A stretch of 64,000 nt of DNA. Origin: Octopus vulgaris (Eukaryota). Made by a program: the position numbers and the translations under genes. How positions within the stretch are numbered: position 1 is the stretch's first letter; each line of letters opens with the position of its first letter. The notes under the pieces were generated by a model that saw only the letters and a list, made by a program, of their open reading frames with translations, did not search any database and was not told the origin of the DNA. This document shows positions 1 to 12,413 of the stretch, one piece after another. Location of the stretch: NCBI GenBank assembly GCA_951406725.2, contig OX597837.1, positions 7,068,001 to 7,132,000 on the forward strand, given 5' to 3'.

Positions 1-698
1 TCGTCTGCTGCTGGAGAGGACCGATCAGGTAAAGGACCTGGGTATCTTGGTGGATTCCTCCTTTTCGCCTTCGGCCCAGTGCGTCCATGCTGCCAACAAA
101 GCGCGCGGAATTCTGTTTTTGATTCGACGGTCATTCGGAATGCTCACAGCAGCCATATTCCTGCCACTCTATGTCACGCTGGTGAGACCCATATTGGAGT
201 ATGGGATTCAAGCCTCTTCTCCTTATCTCCTCAAAGACATACAGCACCTCGAAAGAGTCCAGAGGCTGGCTACCCGCATGGTTCATGGTCTCAAAAATTT
301 GTCCTACGAAGAAAGGCTGAGGACGCTCGACCTTTGTTCTCCTTGAAAAACGCCGCCGCCGTGGTGATCTCATTCTCGCCCACAACATCATAAGCGGGAA
401 GTGTAACCTCTCGAAAGAGCTGTTCTTCACTCCTGCTCCGGAGCGTCGGCTGCGGGGTCATTCCGAAAAGCTCTACCTGCGAAGGAGAGGAGCTTTCTCC
501 GTCCGGGTTGCGGATCCGTGGAACAAGCTGCCAGACGAGATGGTGAAGATGCCGACGACCGCTTTGTTCAAAGCCTCCCTGGACCTCAAGTGGCCTGAAC
601 TCTTTACATGAACACCACGCTGTACTTAACTCCATGTCCCCCTACATGGCCTTGCTATTTGCTTATGAGCCAAATTAACTAACTAACTAACTAACTAA
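1..698 (+). mobile_element. CR1-type LINE 3' end: frameshifted ORF2 C-terminus, 3' UTR and (TAAC)n tail
   Basis: ORF 47-346 reads LYVTLVRPILEY...LERVQRLATRMV...LSYEERL. After a frameshift near 340 it continues LEKRRRRGDLILAHNII...RGHSEKL...FSVRVADPWNKLP to a stop near 611. It ends in a (ctaa)n microsatellite tail typical of CR1 elements. Confidence 0.9.
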
Positions 699-718
699 AA
701 AACTAATAACAGTTTCGT

Positions 719-793
<75 letters not shown>

Positions 794-795
<2 letters not shown>

Positions 796-955
796 AGGGA
801 AAGTTTACGAAAATAAACAAAAAGACGAAGGCAGGTGGAGTACAAACAAACAAATGTATTAGTATAGCGCTCAGGAATAGAAAAAGGCTGCAGAAAGATA
901 CACAGAAAAAGACAAGGAGAGAAAAAAATGTGTGTAGTAGCTAACTATCTATCAT
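794..955 (-). mobile_element. (TA)n-associated short repeat, family A; this copy lacks the HHR-like segment
   Basis: Shares 'tttacgaaaataaacaaaagacgaaggcaggtggagtacaaacaaac...gcgctcaggaatag' with copies at 5311, 41051 and 46104; the ribozyme-like segment is deleted here. Confidence 0.75.
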
Positions 956-1093
956 ATAAGTTCATTCTCATTCCGCTCAGAATAATTTTTCTATCGACTA
1001 GTCAGACATGACCATGCATCAGCAAATAATTTATTTGCTAAATTCTATAAACTAAAACCACATATCTTTATCAAATTCGAACATCAAGGGAGT

Positions 1094-1143
1094 AGTTTCG
1101 ACTGAAGAGACACAATGACATCGAAACGCCGGTTCTCAAAACT
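1094..1143 (+). ncRNA. Type-I hammerhead ribozyme-like motif, slightly degenerate
   Basis: AGTTTCGA-CTGAAGA-GA(cacaatgaca)TC-GAAA-CGCCGGT-TC-TCAAAACT. The core boxes are intact and stem I pairs with one mismatch; stems II and III are weak. Confidence 0.55.
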
Positions 1144-1284
1144 TTCCAGTGCCACTGAATCGAGTGTATTGATACATTTACTGTTTAAATGAAGTTGCTT
1201 ACTCACTTTGAAATCTGCTGGAACGTATAAAGAATTCATATATATCAATATTTAGGTTATCGGTGTTTTCAGTAATCGAAAGAT

Positions 1285-1385
1285 GGCGAGCTGACAGAAT
1301 CATTGGCATGCATGGCAAAATGCTTTTCAGCATTTGGCCTGTCCTTTCAATATGAGATCAAATTCCACCGTGGAGGGTTTTGCAA
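1285..1385 (+). mobile_element. Degenerate tRNA-derived SINE head, family M
   Basis: ggcgagctgacagaatc...gagatcaaattccaccg resembles the head of the copy at 37997. Confidence 0.55.
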
Positions 1386-1398
1386 TGATTATTTAATG

Positions 1399-1456
1399 CA
1401 CTTTATATATATAAACTTTATATATATAAACTTTATATATATAAACTTTATATATC
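1399..1456. repeat. 15-bp tandem repeat (actttatatatataa), about 4 copies
   Basis: Seen directly. Confidence 0.85.
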
Positions 1457-2404
1457 CTGTGCACAATTTTATAGACTTAATACACAGCATTCATAAAATA
1501 AATATTCACTTTTTCCATTTTCCCCATAAACAGAAAAAATATCCGGTACACATGATACAACCTTTAGTTAAACTGCATATATTTGCCACATAAATAATCG
1601 TGAATATTTCACGGAATTGCACTTATGCACATGCGTTAAGTGTTAGGTGATATAAAAAACATAGTTCGTTTTTTTTTTAAAATGCACTTTTCCCTATTCA
1701 TATATCAGCGCCACCTCCACCACCACCAGTGCCATCTTCATCTCTCTCTTCCCCTCTCTCTCCCTCTCCCTCTCACTGCTTCATCTCTCCCTCCCCTTTC
1801 TTTAACCTGACCATCAAAACATCACCCCTCTGCTACAATTATATTTCTACCTTCCTCTATATCACTACCTTCAACTAACTTTTTTAACCACGTAGTAAAA
1901 AGTTCGTTCCCCTACAACACGTCATGGATGCTCTTTTTCTTTCTCCGTCTTTGCTCCCTTTCTCTGTCTGTCTGTCTGTCTCTTTCTCTCTCTCTCTGTC
2001 TTTCTTTCTCACTCTTCATCTTATCCTCTTTTTCTCGCTCCTCATCTTTCTCTTCTCTTTCCCTTCAATTAATCACTTGAATGCGTTACTGATGGGCTAA
2101 GTAACGTATTATAACTACATATTATAGCTATAATACACACACTCGCACATACACACACACATATATACGCATGCGCGCGCGCAAATCTATTGACACACAT
2201 ATATATGCACACACATATGTATGGATCTCGAAGCAAAAAAAGCTATAAATAACCTAATATGGTGAAAAACTCTTTAGATTGGAAATGTCGAAGGCTGCCA
2301 ATGGGATTCGAAACCACATCTCTTGCATAACAGACGTTCTGACATTTCCGTTCTCGTAGAAGTTTATAAGTTCTTATGATGTCAGTAATATATATAACTA
2401 TACA

Positions 2405-2425
2405 TTTATTCTTACATACATACCT

Positions 2426-2458
<33 letters not shown>

Positions 2459-2576
2459 CAAATTCGCAGACATCTATATACATACACACACTTATATACA
2501 TATATACATATACACACATATATCATATATTATATATATGTGTGTGTGCGTGTGTGTCTGGATGCATTTATATAGA

Positions 2577-2631
<55 letters not shown>

Positions 2632-2684
2632 TTATATATATATACATATATACATATGTATATATATATATATATATATACGTG

Positions 2685-2715
<31 letters not shown>

Positions 2716-2724
2716 GTGTGTATG

Positions 2725-2811
<87 letters not shown>

Positions 2812-2823
2812 GTTTATATATGT

Positions 2824-2867
<44 letters not shown>

Positions 2868-2870
2868 CAC
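2405..2870. repeat. (TA)n/(CA)n compound microsatellite
   Basis: Seen directly; representative of dozens of similar tracts in the window. Confidence 0.95.
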
Positions 2871-4326
2871 GTATATAATTGTCTGAGACCCACCGCCCCC
2901 CATTCATTACCAAACAAACAGACGCTCTGCTATATGATTTTATAGAATTTAGATTAACTACGAAATATACTTCTTATTAGATCTCCGCTAATAATGTCGG
3001 AAAGATGATTAAATGACGTCAGCAAATTAAGAAAGCAATCAATTTTATTGTATACGATATAAATATCATCTGATTCATATAACTAATCGATTGTTTTATC
3101 GGCTGATATCCATTCTTAGGAATCCTTTTTAGGCGAATAATAAGAGAAAATGAATCTTGTTGTTCTACAAATTTGGGAAAAGCGCTATGTTTAATTTCGG
3201 CCATCTTTTCCTGTACAATGTTAATACTTTTGTGTGTATATGCGGGTTTGTGTCTACGAGTATGTTAGGGAAGGCGGGTTTTTTTGTTTGTGGTTGATCC
3301 GAGGTGAACTTTCCCCATAGGAACTTGTATTATCAATGCACTGACACCAAGCTGGAGCACCGACGTCTAAGATCTGTCGACCAAATTCATTCCGCTTTAA
3401 TTTCTGGTACTTGAACGCAGGAGCTGATGTAATCGACAATTTCCTACCCTCAAAATGGCAAGACTTCTGCCAAAATTAAAAAAGAATAGTACCCTGAAAC
3501 AGTAAATAGAGACAGCAGACAGTACCCTCAATGGGCCAGGGGTCGAAGAGGGTTTCTTAGGGATTTAAAGCTAATTATGCAAGTGCCCTTTCCCTAAATA
3601 GGGGTCACTATGTTTGTCAATACAGAAGCAGCACTGCCTCAGGTGTCACCGTAGTAGTCTATTGCGAGCCTCGCTTGACCCTATTTCTAGTACGTCGAAC
3701 GACCATATGGAGGTCGCTTTCGTTAACACCTGTATTACATAGAGTCTTCTACGATAACATGATGTAGTCTCACAATCGTTTCTTTAATATCTGGCAATAT
3801 ACAGACGAGTAATGTCGATGTTTTGTGTCAAACACTTTTAAAGGTCGAAGTGAACATTTTAAGACACTGTCTCAACATGGCTACGAAATTATATCTACAT
3901 ACATCTATGTGCGCGCGTGTTTGCATGTGTGTATACAAGTATATATATGAATATATATGTATATATATGCATATATACATAGATATATACTTTACCTACA
4001 TGTATACAAATATGTATGTAGACATGTCTATATGTGTGTGTGTGTTTGTTTGTAGATATATGATATATGAATATATATATATATATACACATGCATATAT
4101 CCTTATGTATATACACATGTATTTACAAGTATATATGCATATATATATATAACGGTAAGTGACTGTTTGCGTCTATTTGCTACTCCGGTTTTGTGTATGT
4201 GAGCCGCACGGGCCTTCGTTTTTGGAATCTCCACTTACAAAAAATGGAAAAAACAGTCTTTGACTGCCATTTCTAATTCCTTCGGTATGAGGCGAAACAG
4301 CCTGCTGCTAGCCCTCTTATTTACTT

Positions 4327-4375
<49 letters not shown>

Positions 4376-4668
4376 TTTATATTCATACACACACACACAC
4401 ACACACATATATATTTATATTCATACACACACACACATATATTTATATTCATACAAGTATATATATATATATTCATACAAATATATATATATATATATAC
4501 CCATATATTCATGTACATGTATGAATGATTTATGAGAAATTGTCTGTAATTTTACTTTATAATATATGGAATTGTAAAATATTATCGCAAAAATGAACAT
4601 TTTTTTCACCTTCTTTTCTTTAACATTCAGACACAACTACTAAAATATGTAATTTATACACAACTACA

Positions 4669-4728
<60 letters not shown>

Positions 4729-5054
4729 ACACATATATACACACACGTACATACACATATATATATATATATATAGTATTACGAAAGGAGAGACTGTCAC
4801 ACGTGCTTAATCAGTGTCTTATGCAAACATATACAGTGCGTTGAAAAGTTCGATCACACACGTGCGCATGCGTACACACACACTCACACACACACACACA
4901 AATACATACCTACATACACGTACACGAACACATACGCTTCCGTCCATTATAACCAAGTGCGTAATATAATATCGTCTGTACATTCTCCGATATCCGTATA
5001 TCTTACATCCATGTAATATATAAATGTGTGCATATGTACTTATATACTCTTTTA

Positions 5055-5249
5055 CGCTTTTTACTTGTTTCAGTCATTTGACTGTGGCTATGCTGGAGCA
5101 CAGCCTTTAGTCGAGCAAATAGACTCCAGGACTTATTCTTGCTAAGCCTAGTACTTATTCTATTGGTTTCTTTTGCCGAACCACAAACACACCAGCATCG
5201 ATTGTCAAGCGATGATGGGGGGGACAAACACAGACACAAAAACATATAT

Positions 5250-5311
<62 letters not shown>

Positions 5312-5612
5312 CGAGAAGCTTACGAAAATAAACAAAAGACGAAGGCAAGTGGAGTACAAACAAACTATTGTATTAGCATGGCGCTCAGGAATAGAAATAA
5401 AACAAGTCTTTTACGTTTCGAGCCTACGCTCTTCAACAGAAAGATATATAGAAAAGAAACACGGAGAGAAACAAGAAGAGAAAAAGAATGCGTGCAGGAG
5501 CTAACGATTTAACATGGCGGTACGACAGACTTCTTTCAGTTTCCTCTACCAAATCCACTCACAAGAATTTGGTCGGCCCGAGGTTATAGTAGAAGACACT
5601 TGCCCAAGGTGG
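5055..5612 (-). mobile_element. tRNA-derived SINE, family C (CORE-like), interrupted by a family A element
   Basis: Reverse complement of the copy at 44983: tail at about 5055-5240, head part at about 5524-5612. Confidence 0.85.
5311..5523 (-). mobile_element. Family A element with a minimal HHR-like motif (5407-5444)
   Basis: Minus strand reads TCTTT-CTGTTGAA-GAGC gtag GCTC-GAAA-CG-TA-AAAGA. It is nested in the (TA)n tract of a SINE. Confidence 0.75.
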
Positions 5613-5847
5613 CCTTGTTCCAAATTTTGAAACCATTCATAAATTAATGCCTCCCTTTATTTTTTACATCAGACGAAGCGGTAGTTTGTCACAAAGAATC
5701 AAACAAACAGGGATGCTCGATGACAACCAAACCCCTACACATAACGATTGAGTAGGCGCAACAGATGGGCCTCTGGGAAAGGCTAAAGGAACTGAGGCTG
5801 TAGTCCATTAAGAGAGACGCACTAGATATGCAGTGACATATATATGT

Positions 5848-5919
5848 GGCAGAGTGGTGCAGTGGAAGCGTGCTGCGTTCATATCCCAGACGTCCGTAGT
5901 TCGAAACTACACACTGCTA
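5848..5919 (+). pseudogene. Initiator tRNA-Met (CAT) pseudogene
   Basis: 72 nt, GGCAGAGTGGTGCAGTGGAAGCGTGCTGCGTTCATATCCCAGACGTCCGTAGTTCGAAACTACACACTGCTA, colinear with metazoan tRNAi-Met. It has one mismatch each in the acceptor, anticodon and T stems, and is followed by ATTTT. Confidence 0.85.
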
Positions 5920-5929
5920 ATTTTACAAT

Positions 5930-6215
5930 CTTCCATCCTACACAAGCCTGACATTCTTTCTTCCAATAATAGCAGTTCTGTGGCAGTTTTTACATACCAT
6001 GCTATGTTGTTTTCTTCTGCTCTAGTGCTGTGTTCGCATCCAATCAGTCCTCTTCCCCCACTTTTTCTTGGTGCATAAAGTCTGTCTGTGTCAGTTTTGG
6101 GGTGTAGTATCCCATATCTAGTCAGCAACTTCCTTGTCTTTCTGTCTAAGCTGTTTAGTTCTTTCTACTGTCCATGCGATTACCCCTGCTCCACATCTAA
6201 GTAGTGAAACCACCC
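5930..6215 (-). mobile_element. R4/Dong-like LINE, post-RT fragment
   Basis: Translation GAGVIAWT...LDRKTRKLLTRYGILHPKTDTDRLYAPRKSGGRGLI matches the R4/Dong-type HPKxDxxRLYxxRxxGGRGL motif. Confidence 0.85.
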
Positions 6216-6219
6216 GAAA

Positions 6220-6690
6220 AATCCCAGCTTTATTTTACTGGGTATGAAAGAGAAGTGTCAGCTGTCCGCAGCTAAGGTGACGCTTGTTTATTGATCATGC
6301 TTCAAGAATCCTGCGGCCTTACTCTTGCAAGTTCCAAGCAATGATGATTTGTGTAGGTGTTCTGTCTTTATATTCGTTCCAATCCTTTTGAGCCAAGTTG
6401 GTAGGTGGGTCTTGATACTTCCAAGTGCAATGAGCACTGCTGCTATCACGTCACCTCTCTTCACTGCCCAAAGCCCGCGTATCTTTCACTGCAATTCATC
6501 ATAGTCGTTCATTTTTCTTTCTTCTTTCTCTTCAATCATCTTGCAACAGGAATTCTATATCAATTATCGGGCAAGCTTTTGTTTTCTTTTTGTTTTTTAC
6601 TTTCTTTTCACTGCAACAGTATCAAGTTTTCGACGTTTAATCTGATGATCACACGGAATCATTGCATCCCATAGGATTTTGCTATCTTTC
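6220..6690 (-). mobile_element. R4/Dong-like LINE, restriction-like endonuclease domain and 3' UTR, degenerate
   Basis: Minus strand gives KILWDAMIPCDHQIKRRKLD...IIDI...KEEKMNDYDEL*KIRGLW...VLIALGS...WLKRIG...HKSSLLGT, with stops and frameshifts. Confidence 0.75.
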
Positions 6691-6804
6691 CTATAACGAA
6701 AAAAAAAACGCGTATGGAAATTATCTCGTTCGTGGTTATTTTTTTAAGAACATTTATCGATATAAGCAAGTGACTCCCGTTGTTATACCTTATTCCTTTA
6801 TTCT

Positions 6805-7060
6805 GTTATTTGTTTCAGTCATATGACTACGGCCAAGCTGGAGCACCACCTTAAGTGGGAGAAATCGACCCCAATACATTCTTTCTAAGTTCAGAATTTA
6901 TTTTATCGAACTTTCTTGCCGAACCGCTAAACTACGTTTACGTAAACGCAACACCGGTTGTCAAGGAATGGTGGGGGAAAAACTCAGACAGACACATACA
7001 TACATACATAGAGACAGACAGACAAACATATAGATAGATAGATAGATAGATAGATAGATT

Positions 7061-7132
<72 letters not shown>

Positions 7133-7300
7133 TACGACGGTCTTCTTTCAGTTTCCGTCTGTCAAATCCACTCCTAAGGCTTTGATCGGACCGAGGCTTT
7201 AGTAGAAAATATTGGCCCAAGATGCCACACAGTGGGACTGAACCTAGAACCATGTGATTGGGAAGCAAACTTCTTACCACGCAGCCACACCTACGCCTAT
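6805..7300 (-). mobile_element. tRNA-derived SINE, family C, with internal (GATA)n
   Basis: Homologous to 44983-45385 in reverse orientation. Confidence 0.85.
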
Positions 7301-7334
7301 GTATTACATACTTTTGATATTGATTTAAAAAATT

Positions 7335-7533
7335 GGCAGAAGGCCAACAATTTAGGGGGAGGGGGAAAGTTGATTACTTCGACTACAGTGCTCAACCGAT
7401 GTTTATTTTCTAGAGCTAGGAACAATAAAAGACAAAGTTAACCTAGTTAGAATTTGAACTCAGAACGTAAAGGCAGACGAAATGTTGTGGAGCATTTTGT
7501 CCGGCGTGCTAACGGTTCTGCCAGCTCACCGCT
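7335..7533 (-). mobile_element. tRNA-derived SINE, family M, degenerate
   Basis: aatttgaactcagaacgta...ccggcgtgctaacggttctgccagctcacc. Confidence 0.75.
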
Positions 7534-7597
7534 TTAAAATATATATTTTATATTGAATATTCCTTTTTGGGTCTATGTAAAAATGCGTTGCTTAACG

Positions 7598-7640
7598 GCA
7601 TCTTCACTATCATCAACACCATCATCGCAACCAGAACTGC

Positions 7641-7680
<40 letters not shown>

Positions 7681-7798
7681 GCCTTCATCATTATTATCGT
7701 CCTGTTCATCATCGTCGTCGTCGTCATCATCTTCGTCATCATCATCAGCATTATTATCGTCGTCATCATCATCATCGTCGTCATCATTATCGTCGTCG

Positions 7799-7842
<44 letters not shown>

Positions 7843-7946
7843 GCTTTCATTATCATTATCGTCATCAGCATCATTATCGTCGTCATCAGCATCATTATCG
7901 TCGTCATCATCATCATTATTGTCGTCATCATCCTCATCATCACCAT
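7598..7946. repeat. (CAT/CGT)n trinucleotide tract
   Basis: Seen directly; source of the poly-D/S/I/M ORFs. Confidence 0.95.
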
Positions 7947-8212
7947 GTTGTCTCCATTCCTGGACTGGGCGGTGCGTTGTGTTCTTGATCAAAACAGTTC
8001 GTTTCACTTCGGTCAACTCTACCGCCAACGGGTGACCCTGGGTCAATGTGTAGTTGTAAATGTGTAGCCCTGGAAATGAGTAACCCCGTTTAGAGGGAAC
8101 ATTGTAAAAGCGGTTACTTTTACGGCATGGAGACTGCATAAGCGTCACTGAGAGCATTGGGATCCGAAACTGTAATGTCAAGGGATTTATAATCGGGATT
8201 AGATTACCTATG

Positions 8213-8246
8213 GACAGCATGTTTCGGTGTCTGTATGCCTCCTCAG
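8213..8246 (-). ncRNA. Hammerhead ribozyme-like motif
   Basis: Minus strand reads CTGAGGA-GG(catacagaca)CC-GAAA-C(atgct)G-TC: intact core with a GUC site; stem I is poorly paired. Confidence 0.6.
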
Positions 8247-8456
8247 TACAACGTAACCGAACGGAAAGTAGGCATTTACTTAATATTATGGGTTATGTAC
8301 GTAGATTGCTTCATCTTCAATGATATAAATAGGAAAAAAAGGAAGAAGAAATAGAAAATTTTTTAGATAGAGCCATATATAAGAGTAGAGGTAGACTGAA
8401 ACATTTGATTGTACGTGAATCATTTTCGTTCTCTGCCAAAGGTAGATAGATAGATG

Positions 8457-8517
<61 letters not shown>

Positions 8518-8713
8518 TAAAAGAGCATGCATAAGAAAAAATAATCTTTTAAATCGTATATGTGTATGTATAAATATATGTATATGTATGTATGTATGCA
8601 TGTGTGCAAGTATATATATATATATATATATATATAATTACACATGCATACATGCAAACCTACATACATACACACACATATACATATATAAATACACGCT
8701 TACATACACGCAC

Positions 8714-8750
<37 letters not shown>

Positions 8751-9156
8751 TATACATATTTGTTTTCCACCTGCCTTCGTCTTTTGTTTATTTTCATAAA
8801 GCTTCCCGTTATATATATACATATATAAATATATACATGCATGCACACACACATACACACACATGCACACATACATACATACATACATACATAAATACAC
8901 TCATAGATACAAGCACACATGCATGCATAAATACATACACACATACACATACATGCACACACATGTATTCACACACCCATATATATATACATACATACAC
9001 ACATACACATTTATAGTAAGCATCGGAATAATCAAGGCCCACAATGAAATTTTTTTTCTCTCTAAATGCAAATATATACGGCTACGTACGCATGCGTGTG
9101 TTTCCGAGGGAGAAACCGTGTGTGTCTGTGTATGTGTGTTGTGCGCGCATGCGTAA

Positions 9157-9206
<50 letters not shown>

Positions 9207-9339
9207 AAAGGAAACGAATACCACATCTAGATTACATAGCTTGATCGAAAACGATCTAAAAATTTGATTTGATATATTTCCAAATACATAACACCGCTCT
9301 CAACCGCTGGCAAGAATATATACAGATGTACATATAATG

Positions 9340-9429
<90 letters not shown>

Positions 9430-9965
9430 GTATACGTGCACACATATATATTTGAGAAACAATTTTTTTAAAAAAATAGATAGATGAAAACAAAAGAAAT
9501 GTGTAAAGCGAAAGTAATGTATTCAATGCGCATGCGGGTAATAGCCAGTTCTTGTTACACAGACACAAATTACTAAATAAATAAATAAATAAGGGTAAAA
9601 AAAAGATAAATATAAATGATAAAAGAAGATAATTTTTCAAAAAGTTGTAATAAAAATTTAGCCGAATAGATTCCGATGGTGTTCGAGATGGTGCAGGCCG
9701 TGGTGGTGGGGCCTAGAGAGGATAGTGTCGGTGGAGGTGGTGGAGATGGTGGTGGTGGTGGTTGTGATATTGGTGTGGGTGATTGCGGTGGAAGAGAAAA
9801 AGCCCAATTTCCTTACTGCAATGATAATTGAAGGTCTGTTACTAGTGAAAATATATAGCATTAGTTATAAAAAAAAAAGAGAAAAAAAAGGGTAAAAAAA
9901 ACTATTAATGAGATGGTAGAATTCGATGGGTTTGGACGTTTTGAAGAATGTTTAGTGAACGAATA

Positions 9966-10037
<72 letters not shown>

Positions 10038-10075
10038 TATGCATATATATATATATGCATATATATACATATATA

Positions 10076-10121
<46 letters not shown>

Positions 10122-10475
10122 TAGATATATATATATTTATTTATTTGTACACATATAAACGTGGATATATATATATATATATTAAATTTCAGTATATGAA
10201 AGTGCATACATGTACGGTGTATATGTATGCATGCATATAGCTTTGTGCACGCAACACACACATACAAATATACACAGGAGAACAGTATATATCACATATA
10301 CAAACATATATATGTATATACATACCTATAACTATATATGTATATATATGTATCTATCTATATATGTATGTATATGTTCGTCTGTAATCATATACAACAT
10401 ATATAGATATATAAGTTTGTATATGTGTCCTTTATATATGTAGAGATAAGTAGATAGATGAATATATATGTACAT

Positions 10476-10526
<51 letters not shown>

Positions 10527-10813
10527 TATGCATGCATTTTATGTAAATGTGTGTAAATATATGCAGATATATATATGTGTGTGTGTGTGTGTGTGACAGT
10601 ATGAGTGTGTAAGTGTATGTAATTGTTCCTAAGTTTATGTATATATGTATATGTGTGTATGTCCATATTATACACATATTTGGTTGAGAGACAGAAAGAA
10701 AAAAAACGTGTGTGTGTGTGTAAGCGTGTATGTTCGTTTCTATATCCGAGTGTATGCGTGTGTAAATATTTTTGTTTCGTTTGGTGTGTATGTTTGTGTG
10801 TGCGTGCATTTTC

Positions 10814-10902
<89 letters not shown>

Positions 10903-10984
10903 TTACAGCGCAATGTCTTGCCAAATTTCCATTCTTTTACTTACAAATTAATGGAGTTGTTATCGCTTGTTGCGATGATGTGGA

Positions 10985-11760
10985 GGGGGAGGAGGAGGAG
11001 GTGTAGGTGAAAGATGAAGACAGCGATCATCGTCATGATGATGATGAGGAGGAGGAGGAGGAGGTGGTGGAGATGGGGGATGCTAACGATTTCGATGAAA
11101 ATGGTATGTATTCTCATGGTGATTATGTGAGTGGCGATGATGACGACGACGAAGATGATGACGACGATGATGATAATGATGATGATGACGATGATAATGA
11201 TGATGATGACGATGATGATGATGATGATGAAGATGATGAAGATGATGATGATGACGACAATGACGATGATGATGACGATGATCATGCGGATGATCATGAT
11301 GATGAAGAAGAAGAAGAAGAGGAAGAGGAAGAGAAAGAGGAAGAAGAAGAAGAAGAAGAAGAAGAAGAAGAAGAAGAAGAAGAAAATGGTGGATGATGAT
11401 GATGATGATGATGATAGTGAGGGTTGAGCTGGGCGGCGCGGGGAGAGGTCCGAGGGTAATGATGAATATCTCCAACATTACCATTATCCCCATATTCTTC
11501 CTCGCTCCTGTTCATTCTCATCCTCCCCCACATCCCCATCATCACCATCATCATCATCACCATCACCAACATCACCATCATCATCATCACCATCATCATC
11601 ATCACCATCATCATTATCACCATCACCATCATCACCATCATCATAATCATCATCATTACTATCATTATTATTATTATTACTTGTAGTAGTAGTAGTAGTA
11701 GTAGCAGCAGCAGTAGTAGTAGTACTATTGCTGTTGTTGCTGTTATTGTTGTTATTAATG
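10985..11760. repeat. Compound trinucleotide region: (GAG), (GAT), (GAA), (CAT), (TAG)
   Basis: Seen directly. Confidence 0.9.
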
Positions 11761-12117
11761 ATAGCAATAAATAGCCCTACTCGTCATTATCGTACTTTTC
11801 GTGGTCGTAGTGGTGGTCACGGCCGTAATGTTAGTGGGTCTCTCTGTTCGTTGGTATTCAGGGTTGATATATGTTCTATTGTTATTTATTTGTTCATTAA
11901 TATTGCGGATAATAGACTTATTAGTTATATATTTGTTTGTTGTTGTTCCTGTTGTTGTTGTTGTTGTTGGTGCTATTTCATTATCTTTGATATTTTTTTT
12001 CCTGTATTGCACCTAGATCGATAAATTTATTTAAAATAAAATTATTTATATTTATGTGTGAGTGTGTGTGTGTGTGTTTTATCTGTGCATGTTCTGTAAG
12101 TGCATCGTTAAATGTAA

Positions 12118-12173
<56 letters not shown>

Positions 12174-12203
12174 ATGTAGATGTTTCTATATATGGATGCG
12201 TAA

Positions 12204-12249
<46 letters not shown>

Positions 12250-12380
12250 ATATATGTATGTATGTATGCATGTATGTATATATATATATGTATGTATGTA
12301 TGTATATATATATATGTGTGTGTGTGTGTGTGCATGTATGTATGTATATATATGTATGTATGTATATATATGTATGCATG

Positions 12381-12413
<33 letters not shown>

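Noticed and set aside
7548-8220. Poly-D/S/M/I ORFs, including a 215-aa acidic ORF
   Set aside because: They are driven by the (CAT)n tract; the non-repeat part matches no family I recognise.
11007-11396. Acidic D/E-rich 129-aa ORF
   Set aside because: It consists of (GAT)/(GAA) repeats; no clear splice sites or domain.
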